DNA of 64,000 bases from Devosia sp. (GCA_036675975.1 JAKFDU010000032.1:5-64004), one strand, 5' to 3'. Counted from the first letter of the stretch, positions 47,849 through 56,559 are shown. Numbers and translations are program-made. Notes: generated from the letters alone by a model not told the origin.

Positions 47849-48507
47849 GCCACCCAGCCGCGAAAGCTGAAGGCGGCGTAGAACTGGGTGATGTCGGAAA
47901 AGCCGGCCTCGCGGAGCAGGTGTTCTTCCTCAGCGGGATCGAGAATGGAGAGCCTCGTGCCGATGGCCTGGCGAGCACTTTCGGTCTGCTCGGGGGTCAG
48001 GCCGGCCGCGGCGCCAAAGGCGACGTGGCGCGCGATCCAGAGCGAACGCTCGGGCTCGGTTTGCGGGAAACTGATATGGGCGAGCACGAAAGGCGCGCCG
48101 GGTTTCACGCGGCGGCGGACCTGACGTAGCGAATCGAGGCGCTGCTCACGGGTCATGAAGTGGAAAACCAGAATGCAGGTGGCGGCGTCAAAGGGGCCAT
48201 CGGGCGCCGCGTCGATATAGCCCTCGTGCAGTTGGATACGACTGGCGTGGTCGGCGGCAGTCTTTCCTGCCAGCGCCAGCATTGGCCCGGACGGGTCGAC
48301 GCCGTCGAATGACCAGTTCGGATGGGCATCAGCGAAGGCCTTGAGTTCGAGCCCGCCGCCCGCACCCAGAACCAGCACACGCCCGTCCGTTGGCACGCGT
48401 TCGGCGAGGAGCAGCGTCGCCATGCGCAGCAGGCCCGCATAACCGGGGACCTGCCGCGGCGGTCCGTCGATGTAGGACGCGGCAGCCTGTTCGTTGAAGA
48501 AGGACAT
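47836..48507 (-). CDS. Class I SAM-dependent methyltransferase
   Basis: VLVLGAGGGLE, GVDPSxxML, FDAATC; GGAG RBS before ATG 48507. Confidence 0.87.
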   Translation of the reverse strand: MSFFNEQAAASYIDGPPRQVPGYAGLLRMATLLLAERVPTDGRVLVLGAGGGLELKAFADAHPNWSFDGVDPSGPMLALAGKTAADHASRIQLHEGYIDAAPDGPFDAATCILVFHFMTREQRLDSLRQVRRRVKPGAPFVLAHISFPQTEPERSLWIARHVAFGAAAGLTPEQTESARQAIGTRLSILDPAEEEHLLREAGFSDITQFYAAFSFRGWVAYAG

Positions 48508-48526
48508 GGGCACTCCAGAGCGTGTA

Positions 48527-48547
48527 ATGTAACTTCTATTGTTACAT
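48527..48547. promoter_or_regulatory. Perfect inverted repeat ATGTAAC-N7-GTTACAT, candidate operator
   Basis: 20 nt upstream of the methyltransferase start, in an AT-rich patch. Confidence 0.6.
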
Positions 48548-48619
48548 GACTAGCTCCGCGTCAAGCCACGGCCGTAAACCATGATTGCACATCGGGCCGG
48601 ACGGACGGCCCCGCCCGCG

Positions 48620-48638
48620 TTAAGGTTTCGTCAACCAT
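48620..48638 (+). promoter_or_regulatory. CtrA-like box
   Basis: TTAA-N7-TCAACCAT versus consensus TTAA-N7-TTAAC; 15 nt before ATG 48654. Confidence 0.5.
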
Positions 48639-48653
48639 AAGCGGGAGGTTGCC

Positions 48654-48821
48654 ATGCGTGTTCCATCTGTCGGCCTGACGCGTGACGAGCGGCATATCGT
48701 TGAGGAAGGCTATCGCCTGGCCGAACACATGCTGCGCAACTACCAGGACCCGCCAAGTCTCGTCGCTACGCTTGGCAAGTGGCTTGCCCTGTTGCGCACA
48801 AGCGTGCTGGCGCGCGACTGA
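48654..48821 (+). CDS. 55-aa microprotein (below the ORF-track cutoff)
   Basis: GGGAGG RBS; MRVPSVGLTRDERHIVEEGYRLAEHMLRNYQDPPSLVATLGKWLALLRTSVLARD; fills the gap before the DUF817 stop. Confidence 0.6.
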   Translation: MRVPSVGLTRDERHIVEEGYRLAEHMLRNYQDPPSLVATLGKWLALLRTSVLARD

Positions 48822-48827
48822 ACCGCC

Positions 48828-49682
48828 CTACCGTTCGGCGTGATACGCCCTCGGCGGATGCACCAGCGTCACCAGCACGACCGAGATCAGCATCAGCAGA
48901 TACCAGGAGCCGAGCTTGCTCCAGCTGACCAGAGCCCAGCCATCGAGTTGGTCGGGATAAATCCAGGCCCGCGACCAGGTGCCGATATTCTCGGCGATCC
49001 AGATGAACAGGGCCACCAAGAGGAATGCCAGCAGCATCGGCATGCGGTGGCGGAAGCGGAACACCCGGTAGTGCATGGTGCTGCGCCCATAAAGGGCGAC
49101 GACGGCGGCGAATAGTAGCCAGCGGAAATCGAAAATGTAGTGGTGGCTGAAGAAGTTGACGTAAATCGCCACGGCCAGCAGCACCGTCATCCAGACCGGC
49201 GGGTAGCGCGTGAAGGTGATGTCGAAGATGCGCAGGATACGCGCCATATAGGAGCCGACACAGGCATACATGAAGCCGGAAAACAGCGGCACGCCCCCAA
49301 GGCGGAACAGAGCATCCTCAGGGTAGATCCATGAGCCGGCAGCGGTTTTGAACAGCTCCATGCCTGTGCCGACCACGTGAAAGATCAGGATGACCTTGGC
49401 TTCGCCAAGGGTTTCGAGCCGAAACACCAGCATGCCCGTTTGAATCAGCAAGGCGGCGACGAAAAAGACGTCGTAGCGATCAATGCCGTTATCGGGCCAC
49501 CAGAAGGTGGTGACCAGAATCATGCCCAGCATCAAGCCGCCGAACAGGCAGGCCCAGGCCTGCTTGAGGCCAAACACGATAAACTCGATGAGGCCGTCGG
49601 CCAGCTTGCCGCGTGGCAGGCGCGCGAGAACACCATGCGCCGCGGCGTCGATCCGCGCTTCCAAACTCGTGAACTGGATCAA
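48828..49682 (-). CDS. DUF817 membrane protein
   Basis: FGLKQAWACLFG, FHVVGTGMELFKT, PLFSGFMY, IWIAENIGTW, KLGSWYLL. Confidence 0.85.
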   Translation of the reverse strand: MIQFTSLEARIDAAAHGVLARLPRGKLADGLIEFIVFGLKQAWACLFGGLMLGMILVTTFWWPDNGIDRYDVFFVAALLIQTGMLVFRLETLGEAKVILIFHVVGTGMELFKTAAGSWIYPEDALFRLGGVPLFSGFMYACVGSYMARILRIFDITFTRYPPVWMTVLLAVAIYVNFFSHHYIFDFRWLLFAAVVALYGRSTMHYRVFRFRHRMPMLLAFLLVALFIWIAENIGTWSRAWIYPDQLDGWALVSWSKLGSWYLLMLISVVLVTLVHPPRAYHAER

Positions 49683-49769
49683 GCCCCGTGCCCTTGCTCA
49701 CATCGCCCGGGCTGGATATGCCCTGTCCGAGGGTTCGGAATTATGGCGATGCTTCGCCGACCGATACCA

Positions 49770-49831
49770 CAATCTTTGGCGCGCTTTCGAACCAGAAAAA
49801 TGGTCCGCCACTTTTCCTGGAAACGCTCAAT
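49770..49831. repeat. Rhizobiales-type palindromic intergenic repeat (GAGCGTTTCCAGGAAAAGTGG family on minus strand)
   Basis: Minus strand TTGAGCGTTTCCAGGAAAAGTGGCGGACCATTTTTCTGGTTCGAAAGCGC; family recognised from memory. Confidence 0.5.
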
Positions 49832-49843
49832 GGAGAAGCCGGA

Positions 49844-50704
49844 ATGGCCAGACGTCGCCCCACCTCGCTGCGCACTTCGGTCCAGGACGTAGCCGCGTCC
49901 AAACGCGCGCCATCGACGCCACAGACCCAATCGGCGGCGTTCCGGCTGGCTTTTGCCGATGACGAGTTCATGACCTCGGAGGATACGCGCGGTATCCGCT
50001 TCCAGCTCGAATATCTCAAGCCCGAATTCAGGCTGCGCGAGCGGGGCATCAATTCGACCGTGGTGCTGTTCGGCGGCGCGCGCATTCCGGCGCCGGGCAT
50101 GCCGGCCTGGGCGGCCAAGAACGAGGTGCAGAAGAAGAACCTCGAAGCGGCGTCGCGCTATTACGACGAGGCACGGCGCTTCGCGCAGCTGGCCTCGTTC
50201 ACCTCCAAGGCGCTCGGCTTCAGCGACTATGTGGTGGTGACCGGCGGCGGGCCGGGCGTGATGGAGGCGGGTAACCGCGGCGCGGCTGATGTGGGCGCAC
50301 CCTCGATCGGGCTCAATATCGTGCTGCCGCACGAGCAGGCGCCCAATCTCTATGTGACGCCGGATCTCAGCTTCAACTTCCACTATTTCGCTACGCGCAA
50401 GATCCACTTCCTGATGCGGGCCAAGGCCGTGGCGGTTTTCCCCGGAGGGTTCGGTACGCTGGACGAGTTCTTCGAGACGCTGACGCTGATCCAGACCGGT
50501 CGCATGGAAAAGGTGCCGCTGCTGCTGTTCGGCGCCGAATTCTGGAGCAAGGTCATCAATTTCGAGGCGTTGGCCGAAGCCGGCACCATCGCCCCTGACG
50601 ATCCGAAGCTCTTCACCATCGTCGACACGGCCGAAGAAGGCTGGGACGTCATCCGGCAGTTCTACAACCTGCCCGAGATCGACGAGGTCTTGCGCGGGGA
50701 CTGA
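49844..50704 (+). CDS. LOG family nucleotide monophosphate nucleosidase (TIGR00730-like)
   Basis: VTGGGPGVMEAGNRGA, LPHEQ, FHYFATRK, PGGFGTLDE; start at ATG 49844. Confidence 0.9.
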   Translation: MARRRPTSLRTSVQDVAASKRAPSTPQTQSAAFRLAFADDEFMTSEDTRGIRFQLEYLKPEFRLRERGINSTVVLFGGARIPAPGMPAWAAKNEVQKKNLEAASRYYDEARRFAQLASFTSKALGFSDYVVVTGGGPGVMEAGNRGAADVGAPSIGLNIVLPHEQAPNLYVTPDLSFNFHYFATRKIHFLMRAKAVAVFPGGFGTLDEFFETLTLIQTGRMEKVPLLLFGAEFWSKVINFEALAEAGTIAPDDPKLFTIVDTAEEGWDVIRQFYNLPEIDEVLRGD

Positions 50705-50788
50705 GCGGCCGGACGGGAGCGTCGCCCGTATTGGTTAGGGATCGGCGCTGCGAGGTGATAGGCCCTGCTGCAGATCAGGAGCGACCCA

Positions 50789-51025
50789 ATGGCGACAATG
50801 TATCTCGTTCAGGCCTTCAAACTCAGCGGCAAGAAGCTGGTTGCCGATCCGGTGCAGCAAGCCAAGACCTCCGAAAAGGCAATGGCCACGGCCGAGCGAT
50901 TGGCGCCCAGCCGCGCCGGCGTCATCGCTTTCTCGCAGGAAGTCGATATCGAAACCGACACCTATGACGAGCCGCGCGTCTTGCTGCGAATCGGCTCGCT
51001 GCCGCCCGGTTTGATGGAAGGCTAG
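50789..51025 (+). CDS. Small hypothetical protein (78 aa)
   Basis: AGGAG RBS; typical codon usage; YLVQAF and GVIAFS beta-strand-like segments. Confidence 0.75.
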   Translation: MATMYLVQAFKLSGKKLVADPVQQAKTSEKAMATAERLAPSRAGVIAFSQEVDIETDTYDEPRVLLRIGSLPPGLMEG

Positions 51026-51055
51026 GCATTCAGCTGATGCTGGTCTGATGCGCGC

Positions 51056-51913
51056 TTACTTGTTTTCGCTGGCGGGCCGAAGAGCCAATTGGCTCTCGGC
51101 GGGATAGACGCCGAGCACCTTGAAATAGTCGGTGAAGAATTTCAGCTCGTCGAAGGCGTGCTGCACGCCGATGTCGGAGGGGTGGCCCTCGATATCGGCG
51201 TAGAACTGGGTGGCGGTGAAAGCGCCGCCCACCATGTAGCTTTCGAGCTTGGTCATATTGACGCCGTTGGTGGCAAAGCCGCCCATGGCCTTGTAGAGCG
51301 CCGCCGGCACGTTGCGCACGCGGAAGACGAAGGTGGTCTTGACCTTGCCACTGCCAGCCGGAGCCTCCTGCGGCTCGCGCGAGAGCACGAGGAATCGCGT
51401 GGTGTTGTGGTCGGCGTCCTCGATATTGGAGGCGAGGACATCAAGGCCATAGATCTCGCCTGCGAAGCGCGAGGCGATGGCAGCCACCGATTTGTCGGCC
51501 TTCTGCGCCACTTCGCGGGCCGAGCCGGCGGTGTCGACGGCGTTGATGGTTCGGAAGCCGTTCTCGGAGATGAATTTGCGGCACTGGCCCAGCGCCACCG
51601 ACAGCGACTGCACTGCCTTGATATCGGCCAAAGTCGCACCGGGCACGCCAAGCAGGTTCATCTCGACGCGCAGATAGGTCTCGCCGATGATGAAGAGGCC
51701 GCTTTCGGGGAGCAGGTGGTGAATGTCGGTAATGCGGCCATAGAGCGAATTTTCGACCGGCACGACCGCGAAATCGGCGCGACCGGATTGCACTGCGGCG
51801 ATGGTCTCCTCGAAGGTGACGCAGCCGATCGCCTCTTCGCCGGGGAAGACATTGCTGGCGGCGGCGTGGCTGAAGGCGCCGGGCTCGCCCTGGAAAGCGA
51901 TCTTCTTGGTCAT
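51056..51913 (-). CDS. pheA: Prephenate dehydratase
   Basis: IAFQGEPGAFS, PVENSLxGR, NTTRFLV, ACT domain NVPAALYKAMGGFATNGVNMTKLESY; start at ATG 51913. Confidence 0.95.
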   Translation of the reverse strand: MTKKIAFQGEPGAFSHAAASNVFPGEEAIGCVTFEETIAAVQSGRADFAVVPVENSLYGRITDIHHLLPESGLFIIGETYLRVEMNLLGVPGATLADIKAVQSLSVALGQCRKFISENGFRTINAVDTAGSAREVAQKADKSVAAIASRFAGEIYGLDVLASNIEDADHNTTRFLVLSREPQEAPAGSGKVKTTFVFRVRNVPAALYKAMGGFATNGVNMTKLESYMVGGAFTATQFYADIEGHPSDIGVQHAFDELKFFTDYFKVLGVYPAESQLALRPASENK

Positions 51914-52002
51914 CGTGGAGGTCCGTTGCTGGTAGGCGAAAGGCTTTTGGACCGGGGCCGAAACGGAGTCAATTGAAGGACACCGCCGAGGCCGCCAGAG
52001 CG

Positions 52003-52157
52003 GTGCCATTCGAGCGTAGCTCTCATGGCCTTCTCGCCTAAAATTGCTCCACTGGCGCAATTTCACCCTGCGGGCCGGCCGTGCCATTCGAGCGTAGCTC
52101 TCATGGCCTTCTCGCCTAAAATTGCTCCACTGGAGCAATTTTGCCCTGCGGGCCGGC
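52003..52157. repeat. Two tandem 78-bp units, each with a 25-bp palindrome
   Basis: Units 52003-52080 and 52081-52157 differ at about 4 positions; AAAATTGCTCCA-C-TGGAGCAATTTT is perfect at 52118-52142. Confidence 0.9.
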
Positions 52158-52323
52158 TCGAAGTGTCGCAGTGCGGCTTTGCCTGGTTGCGCCGCACCGG
52201 CCTTTGCGACTATCTTCCGCGCGCGTCGAGCCCCTCCGTTGAGGTCGATTTTCCTTTGGGATATCGAAAGTTGGGCCGGGTTCGACTACAAGTCCACAGG
52301 GGATGGACCGGCAGAGAGACCAA

Positions 52324-53118
52324 ATGGATTCGTTCGAGCTTAACAAGATCATGGGCGCCGTGCTGGGCACGCTGTTGTTCGTCATGGGCGCCGGCTTTGT
52401 CGCAGAAGCCATCTACCATCCTATCGAAGGCCGCGGCCCGGGCTATGCCCTGCCTGAGCCCGAAGCTGCCGAGCACGGCGAGACGGCGGAAGCCGCGCCC
52501 GAGGTTCCCCTCGGCGTGCTGCTGGCCAGCGCCAGTGCCGAACGCGGCGCCGCAGCGGTCAAGAAGTGTGCCTCTTGCCATAACTTCGGCGAGGGCGAGC
52601 CCAATAAGCAGGGTCCTCTGCTGTACGGCGTTGTCGGACGGCTCGAGGGCAGCCACGAGGGCTTCGCCTATTCGGATGGCATGATGGCCCATAACGCTGC
52701 GGGCGACACCTGGACCTACGAGAATCTCGATCACTTCCTGACCAAGCCGGCCGATTATGTGCCCGGCACCAAGATGAATTTCTCCGGCGTTCGGACCGCC
52801 GAAGAGCGCGCCGACATCCTGGCTTACCTTGCGACGCTGTCGGCCGATCCGGTGCCGTTCCCGCCTGCCGAAGCAGCGCCGGCTGAAGGCGCTGAGGCCG
52901 CCGATCCGGCTGCACCGGCTGCGGAAGCGACCGGGACTCCGCGGCCCGATGCGACCGCGCCGACCGACCCTGCCGCGACTGAGCCTGCCAATGCAGCAGA
53001 ACCCGCTGCGCCGGCAGAAGTCGTCGATACGCCGACCACGACGCAGAGCGAAACCCCGGTTGAGGGTACGCCCACCACCAGCGGCACCGAAGCTGCGCCG
53101 GCGCCTGCCACTCACTAG
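52324..53118 (+). CDS. cycM: Membrane-anchored cytochrome c with long Ala/Pro/Thr/Glu tail
   Basis: MDSFELNK N-terminal anchor, heme motif CASCH, axial Met PGTKM; about 85-aa low-complexity C-terminus. Confidence 0.85.
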   Translation: MDSFELNKIMGAVLGTLLFVMGAGFVAEAIYHPIEGRGPGYALPEPEAAEHGETAEAAPEVPLGVLLASASAERGAAAVKKCASCHNFGEGEPNKQGPLLYGVVGRLEGSHEGFAYSDGMMAHNAAGDTWTYENLDHFLTKPADYVPGTKMNFSGVRTAEERADILAYLATLSADPVPFPPAEAAPAEGAEAADPAAPAAEATGTPRPDATAPTDPAATEPANAAEPAAPAEVVDTPTTTQSETPVEGTPTTSGTEAAPAPATH

Positions 53119-53142
53119 GCTCGCCGCGATACCGTTTCTCAT

Positions 53143-53180
53143 AGGAGCCGCGCCCGAAAGGGTTGCGGCTCCTGGCTTTT
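53143..53180 (+). terminator. Stem-loop/terminator between cycM and ghrA
   Basis: AGGAGCCGC...GAAA...GCGGCTCCT followed by GGCTTTT. Confidence 0.5.
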
Positions 53181-53194
53181 GCAAGGATCCGATC

Positions 53195-54133
53195 ATGCTG
53201 CTGCTGCACCTGTCCGATGTCGATGAAGCCAGCTGGGCCGAGAAGCTGCGGGTGGCGCTGGCGCCCTACCCGGTGGTGCGGCGTGAGGATGCGTTCGATC
53301 CGGCTGATGTGCGCTACATCTTCGTGTGGAAGCCCAAGCCCGAGGCGTTCGATGGATTGACGGGGCTCAAGGCTGTGCTGTCGCTGGGCGCTGGCGTCGA
53401 TGCGCTGCTCAAGCATCCTCGCCTGCCCGAGGTGCCTATCGTGCGGTTTGTCGATGCCGATCTCAGCCAGCGCATGAGCGATTATGTGGTCGCCCATGTG
53501 ACGATGCATCATCGGCTTTACACGCGCTTCCGCGCCGACCAGAAGGCACGGCGCTGGACCCAGCTCTATCCGCCGGCCGCATCGGAAACGAGTGTGGGGA
53601 TCATGGGCATGGGCGTATTGGGGCAGGACGCCGTCACGCGCCTCAAGCCGCTCGGCTTCACGCTGCGCAGTTGGAGCCGCACGCCCAAGGCCATCGATGG
53701 CGTCGAGGGGTTTGCCGGCACCGAGACGTTCAATACGTTTCTAGGTGGTACCGATATCCTGGTGAACCTGCTGCCGCTGACGCCGGAAACCACTGGTATT
53801 CTGAACTATGAAACGTTCGGCAAGCTGCGACGCGACAGGCTCGATGGCGGGCCTGTGATCGTCAATGCGGCGCGCGGCGGACACCAACGGGAGGCCGATA
53901 TTGTGCGCGCCTTGGGCGATGGTACGCTGGGCGCGGCGAGCCTCGATGTGTTCGAGACCGAGCCTTTGCCGGAGGGTAGCCCGCTCTGGGACATCGAGAA
54001 TTGCTACATCACGCCCCATATCGCGGCGATCAGCAATGAGAAGAGCGGCGTGACTTACTTCACCAGGATTATCCGCGAGCACGAAGCGGGCAAGCCGCTG
54101 ATCAACGTGGTGGATCGCGATCGGGGCTACTAA
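53195..54133 (+). CDS. ghrA: Glyoxylate/hydroxypyruvate reductase A (D-2-hydroxyacid dehydrogenase)
   Basis: SLGAGVD, GMGVLG, WSRTPK, LLPLTPET, NAARG, LDVFETEPL, TPHIA; start at ATG 53195. Confidence 0.85.
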   Translation: MLLLHLSDVDEASWAEKLRVALAPYPVVRREDAFDPADVRYIFVWKPKPEAFDGLTGLKAVLSLGAGVDALLKHPRLPEVPIVRFVDADLSQRMSDYVVAHVTMHHRLYTRFRADQKARRWTQLYPPAASETSVGIMGMGVLGQDAVTRLKPLGFTLRSWSRTPKAIDGVEGFAGTETFNTFLGGTDILVNLLPLTPETTGILNYETFGKLRRDRLDGGPVIVNAARGGHQREADIVRALGDGTLGAASLDVFETEPLPEGSPLWDIENCYITPHIAAISNEKSGVTYFTRIIREHEAGKPLINVVDRDRGY

Positions 54134-55059
54134 AGCTCAAGCGCCCAATACTGGCCGTTCAGATCAGCGCCGAAGGAGCGATGGGGTTCCTCGCGGACCA
54201 GAGTGAAACCGGCGCCCTGATAGATGCGGCGAGCCGAAACCAGGCTGTCCTGGGTCCAGAGGATAATGCGCTTATAGCCTGAAGCGCGCGAGAAGCGGAC
54301 GGCCTCTTCGACCAGGCGCTTGCCGATACCCCGGCCGCGGAAGGCCGGTTCGGTATAGAGCATGCGCAGTTGCGCGGTGCCTGCTGGATCCTCAGCGGCG
54401 GGAATGATGAAGATGGAGCCGGCGACCTGGCCATCCTGCTCGGCGATCCAGAGCGCTTTGGGCGGATTGGCCGGTGCGGCCTCGTATTCGGCATAGATGG
54501 TTGTGATGAGCGTCTCGAACTCGCCGTTCCAGCCTTGCTCCAGATGGTAGAGCAAGCCCTGGCGGTGAATGAGCCAGCCGATCTCACCGATGCGGTGAGG
54601 GCGCAGGATCAGCGGCTCGTCGCCCGGCTCGGCCAACAGGGCCTCGATGCGGCGCATGGCACTGACGAGGTCACGACGACCGAACTCGTCGAGCGGCTCC
54701 AGCAGGCCATTGGCGGCCGCTGCGTCGCTCATTTCGTTGAGGCGGCGGAACATCGCATCACCCTCTGATGTCAGCGCCAGCGGGGTTGAGCGCCGGTCCC
54801 GGCTGCGCGGCAGCACAGCGACAATGCCCTGGTCCACCAGCCGCAGGACCAGCCGGCTCATCTGGCCGCGGTCCATGTCCAGTTCCTCGGCTATGGTCGA
54901 GGACGTGGCGTGGCCGCGCTTGCCCAGTTCGTAGATGACCCGTGCTTCACTCAGGCTGTGCGGACTCTTATGCATGCCCTCTTCGAGCAGGCCGATGATG
55001 CGGGTGTAGAAACGATTGAAGGCGCGCACCTGCGCGACGTCGGCGGCACTGACGGACAT
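54130..55059 (-). CDS. Bifunctional MarR-family HTH / GNAT acetyltransferase
   Basis: RAFNRFYT, SLSEARVIYEL, MDRGQMSR winged helix; GNAT AQLRMLYxEPxFRGRGIG; GGAG RBS before ATG 55059. Confidence 0.9.
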   Translation of the reverse strand: MSVSAADVAQVRAFNRFYTRIIGLLEEGMHKSPHSLSEARVIYELGKRGHATSSTIAEELDMDRGQMSRLVLRLVDQGIVAVLPRSRDRRSTPLALTSEGDAMFRRLNEMSDAAAANGLLEPLDEFGRRDLVSAMRRIEALLAEPGDEPLILRPHRIGEIGWLIHRQGLLYHLEQGWNGEFETLITTIYAEYEAAPANPPKALWIAEQDGQVAGSIFIIPAAEDPAGTAQLRMLYTEPAFRGRGIGKRLVEEAVRFSRASGYKRIILWTQDSLVSARRIYQGAGFTLVREEPHRSFGADLNGQYWALEL

Positions 55060-55080
55060 AGGCCCGCTCCAGGAATTGAC

Positions 55081-55119
55081 TATTGACACAGTCAACTAGA
55101 TAGTTGTCAGAGTCAACTA
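55081..55119. promoter_or_regulatory. Two tandem GTTGAC-N3-GTCAAC-type operators
   Basis: TATTGAC-ACA-GTCAACTA (55081-55098) and TAGTTGTC-AGA-GTCAACTA (55101-55119). Confidence 0.65.
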
Positions 55120-56466
55120 TGCCGGATAACGCTGCTTCAGAACGCTATAAATGGCGCGAATACCCTGATCGGTGCCGCCCGCCGGACGGGCCGGCCGCGC
55201 CTCGGGTGCCCAGCCAAAGATATCCAGATGCACCCAGGCCGCGGCATTGTCGACGAACCGGCGCAGGAACAGGGCCGCAGTGACCGACCCGGCAAAGCCG
55301 CCACTGCCCGCATTGTTCACATCGGCGATCTTGGAACTCATCATGGCATCGTAGGGCGACCAAAGCGGCATCTGCCAGAGTGGATCGTCTGCCGCGGCGC
55401 CAGCAGCCATGAGGTCGCGGGCCAGGGCGTCGTCGGTGCTGTAGAGCGGCGGCAGGTCAGGGCCGAGCGCGACACGGGCGGCGCCAGTCAGGGTGGCCAT
55501 GTCGAGCAGCAATTCGGGCCGCTCCTCATCGGCCAGCGCCAGCGCGTCGGCCAGGATAAGCCGTCCTTCGGCATCGGTATTGCCGATCTCGACGGTAATG
55601 CCCTTGCGGGACTTGAGCACGTCGCCGGGCCGGAATGCCGCGCCGGCGATGGAATTTTCGACAATCGGGATCAGCACCCGCAGGCGCAGGCACAGCCTGG
55701 CCGAGACGATAGCATGAGCCAGGCCCAGCACATTGGCGGCGCCACCCATGTCCTTCTTCATCAGCAGCATGCCGGAGGCCGGCTTGATGTCGAGGCCACC
55801 GGTATCAAAGGTCACGCCCTTGCCAACCAGGGTGACCTTGGGATGATGGGTATCACCCCAGGTCAGATCGATGAGACGCGGGGCTTGCAAGCTGGCGCGG
55901 CCCACGGCGTGGATCATCGGGAAATTGGCCCGCAGCAGGTCGTCGCCTGATGTCACCTTGATCTTCATCTTGTGGGCGGTGGCAAAGGTCCGGATCTCGC
56001 TCTCAAAAGCGTCGGGGCCGAGGTCATTGGCCGGCGTGTTGATGAGATCGCGCGCCAGCACCGCTGCCTCGACGAGACGAGCGACTTCGTCGGCGTCGGC
56101 GAGGTCGGGGGCTGCGAGCTTGGGCGCGGCCCTGCCCTGGCGGTAGCGGTCATAGCGATAGGCGCCCAACCGGAAGCCGATGGCGGCCAGCGTCGGATCG
56201 CCATAGGCGCCCTCGAGCCGATAGGTGCCAGGCCCAAGCGCCGCGCCGGCAAGGCCGGTAACGAGCGCGGGTCGATCTGCTGTTTCGCCGAGACCGAACA
56301 CATAACCGGAAAGCGCGCCATCACCTGATGGCAGCGCCAGCAGGCGCCCACGCTGACCGGAAAAGCCGTTGGCATCGGCCCAGACCCGTTGCGCTTCGGG
56401 AAGCCCGGCTTCGGCGAGCCTGCCATCCTCGACGCAGATCAGGGGGGTGATTTGGGTCTTGGGCAT
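55117..56466 (-). CDS. Leucyl aminopeptidase family (M17)
   Basis: LVGKGVTFDTGGLDIK, MKKDMGGAA, EIGNTDAEGRL, DMATLTGA; start at ATG 56466. Confidence 0.92.
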   Translation of the reverse strand: MPKTQITPLICVEDGRLAEAGLPEAQRVWADANGFSGQRGRLLALPSGDGALSGYVFGLGETADRPALVTGLAGAALGPGTYRLEGAYGDPTLAAIGFRLGAYRYDRYRQGRAAPKLAAPDLADADEVARLVEAAVLARDLINTPANDLGPDAFESEIRTFATAHKMKIKVTSGDDLLRANFPMIHAVGRASLQAPRLIDLTWGDTHHPKVTLVGKGVTFDTGGLDIKPASGMLLMKKDMGGAANVLGLAHAIVSARLCLRLRVLIPIVENSIAGAAFRPGDVLKSRKGITVEIGNTDAEGRLILADALALADEERPELLLDMATLTGAARVALGPDLPPLYSTDDALARDLMAAGAAADDPLWQMPLWSPYDAMMSSKIADVNNAGSGGFAGSVTAALFLRRFVDNAAAWVHLDIFGWAPEARPARPAGGTDQGIRAIYSVLKQRYPA

Positions 56467-56538
56467 GGCGACTCCAGAACATTGAGACGTCTGTTGTACC
56501 GGGCACGGCCTGCTGCGGCAACGCGCGCGCACCCGTCT

Positions 56539-56559
56539 TTAACCGGCTGTTAGGGTTAA
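56539..56559 (+). promoter_or_regulatory. CtrA-like box upstream of tadD
   Basis: TTAA-N7-TTAG followed by a further GTTAA. Confidence 0.45.

Noticed and set aside
52003-52157. Tandem palindromic units as a mini CRISPR array
   Set aside because: Units are contiguous and near-identical with no unique spacers, only two copies, and no cas genes in the window.
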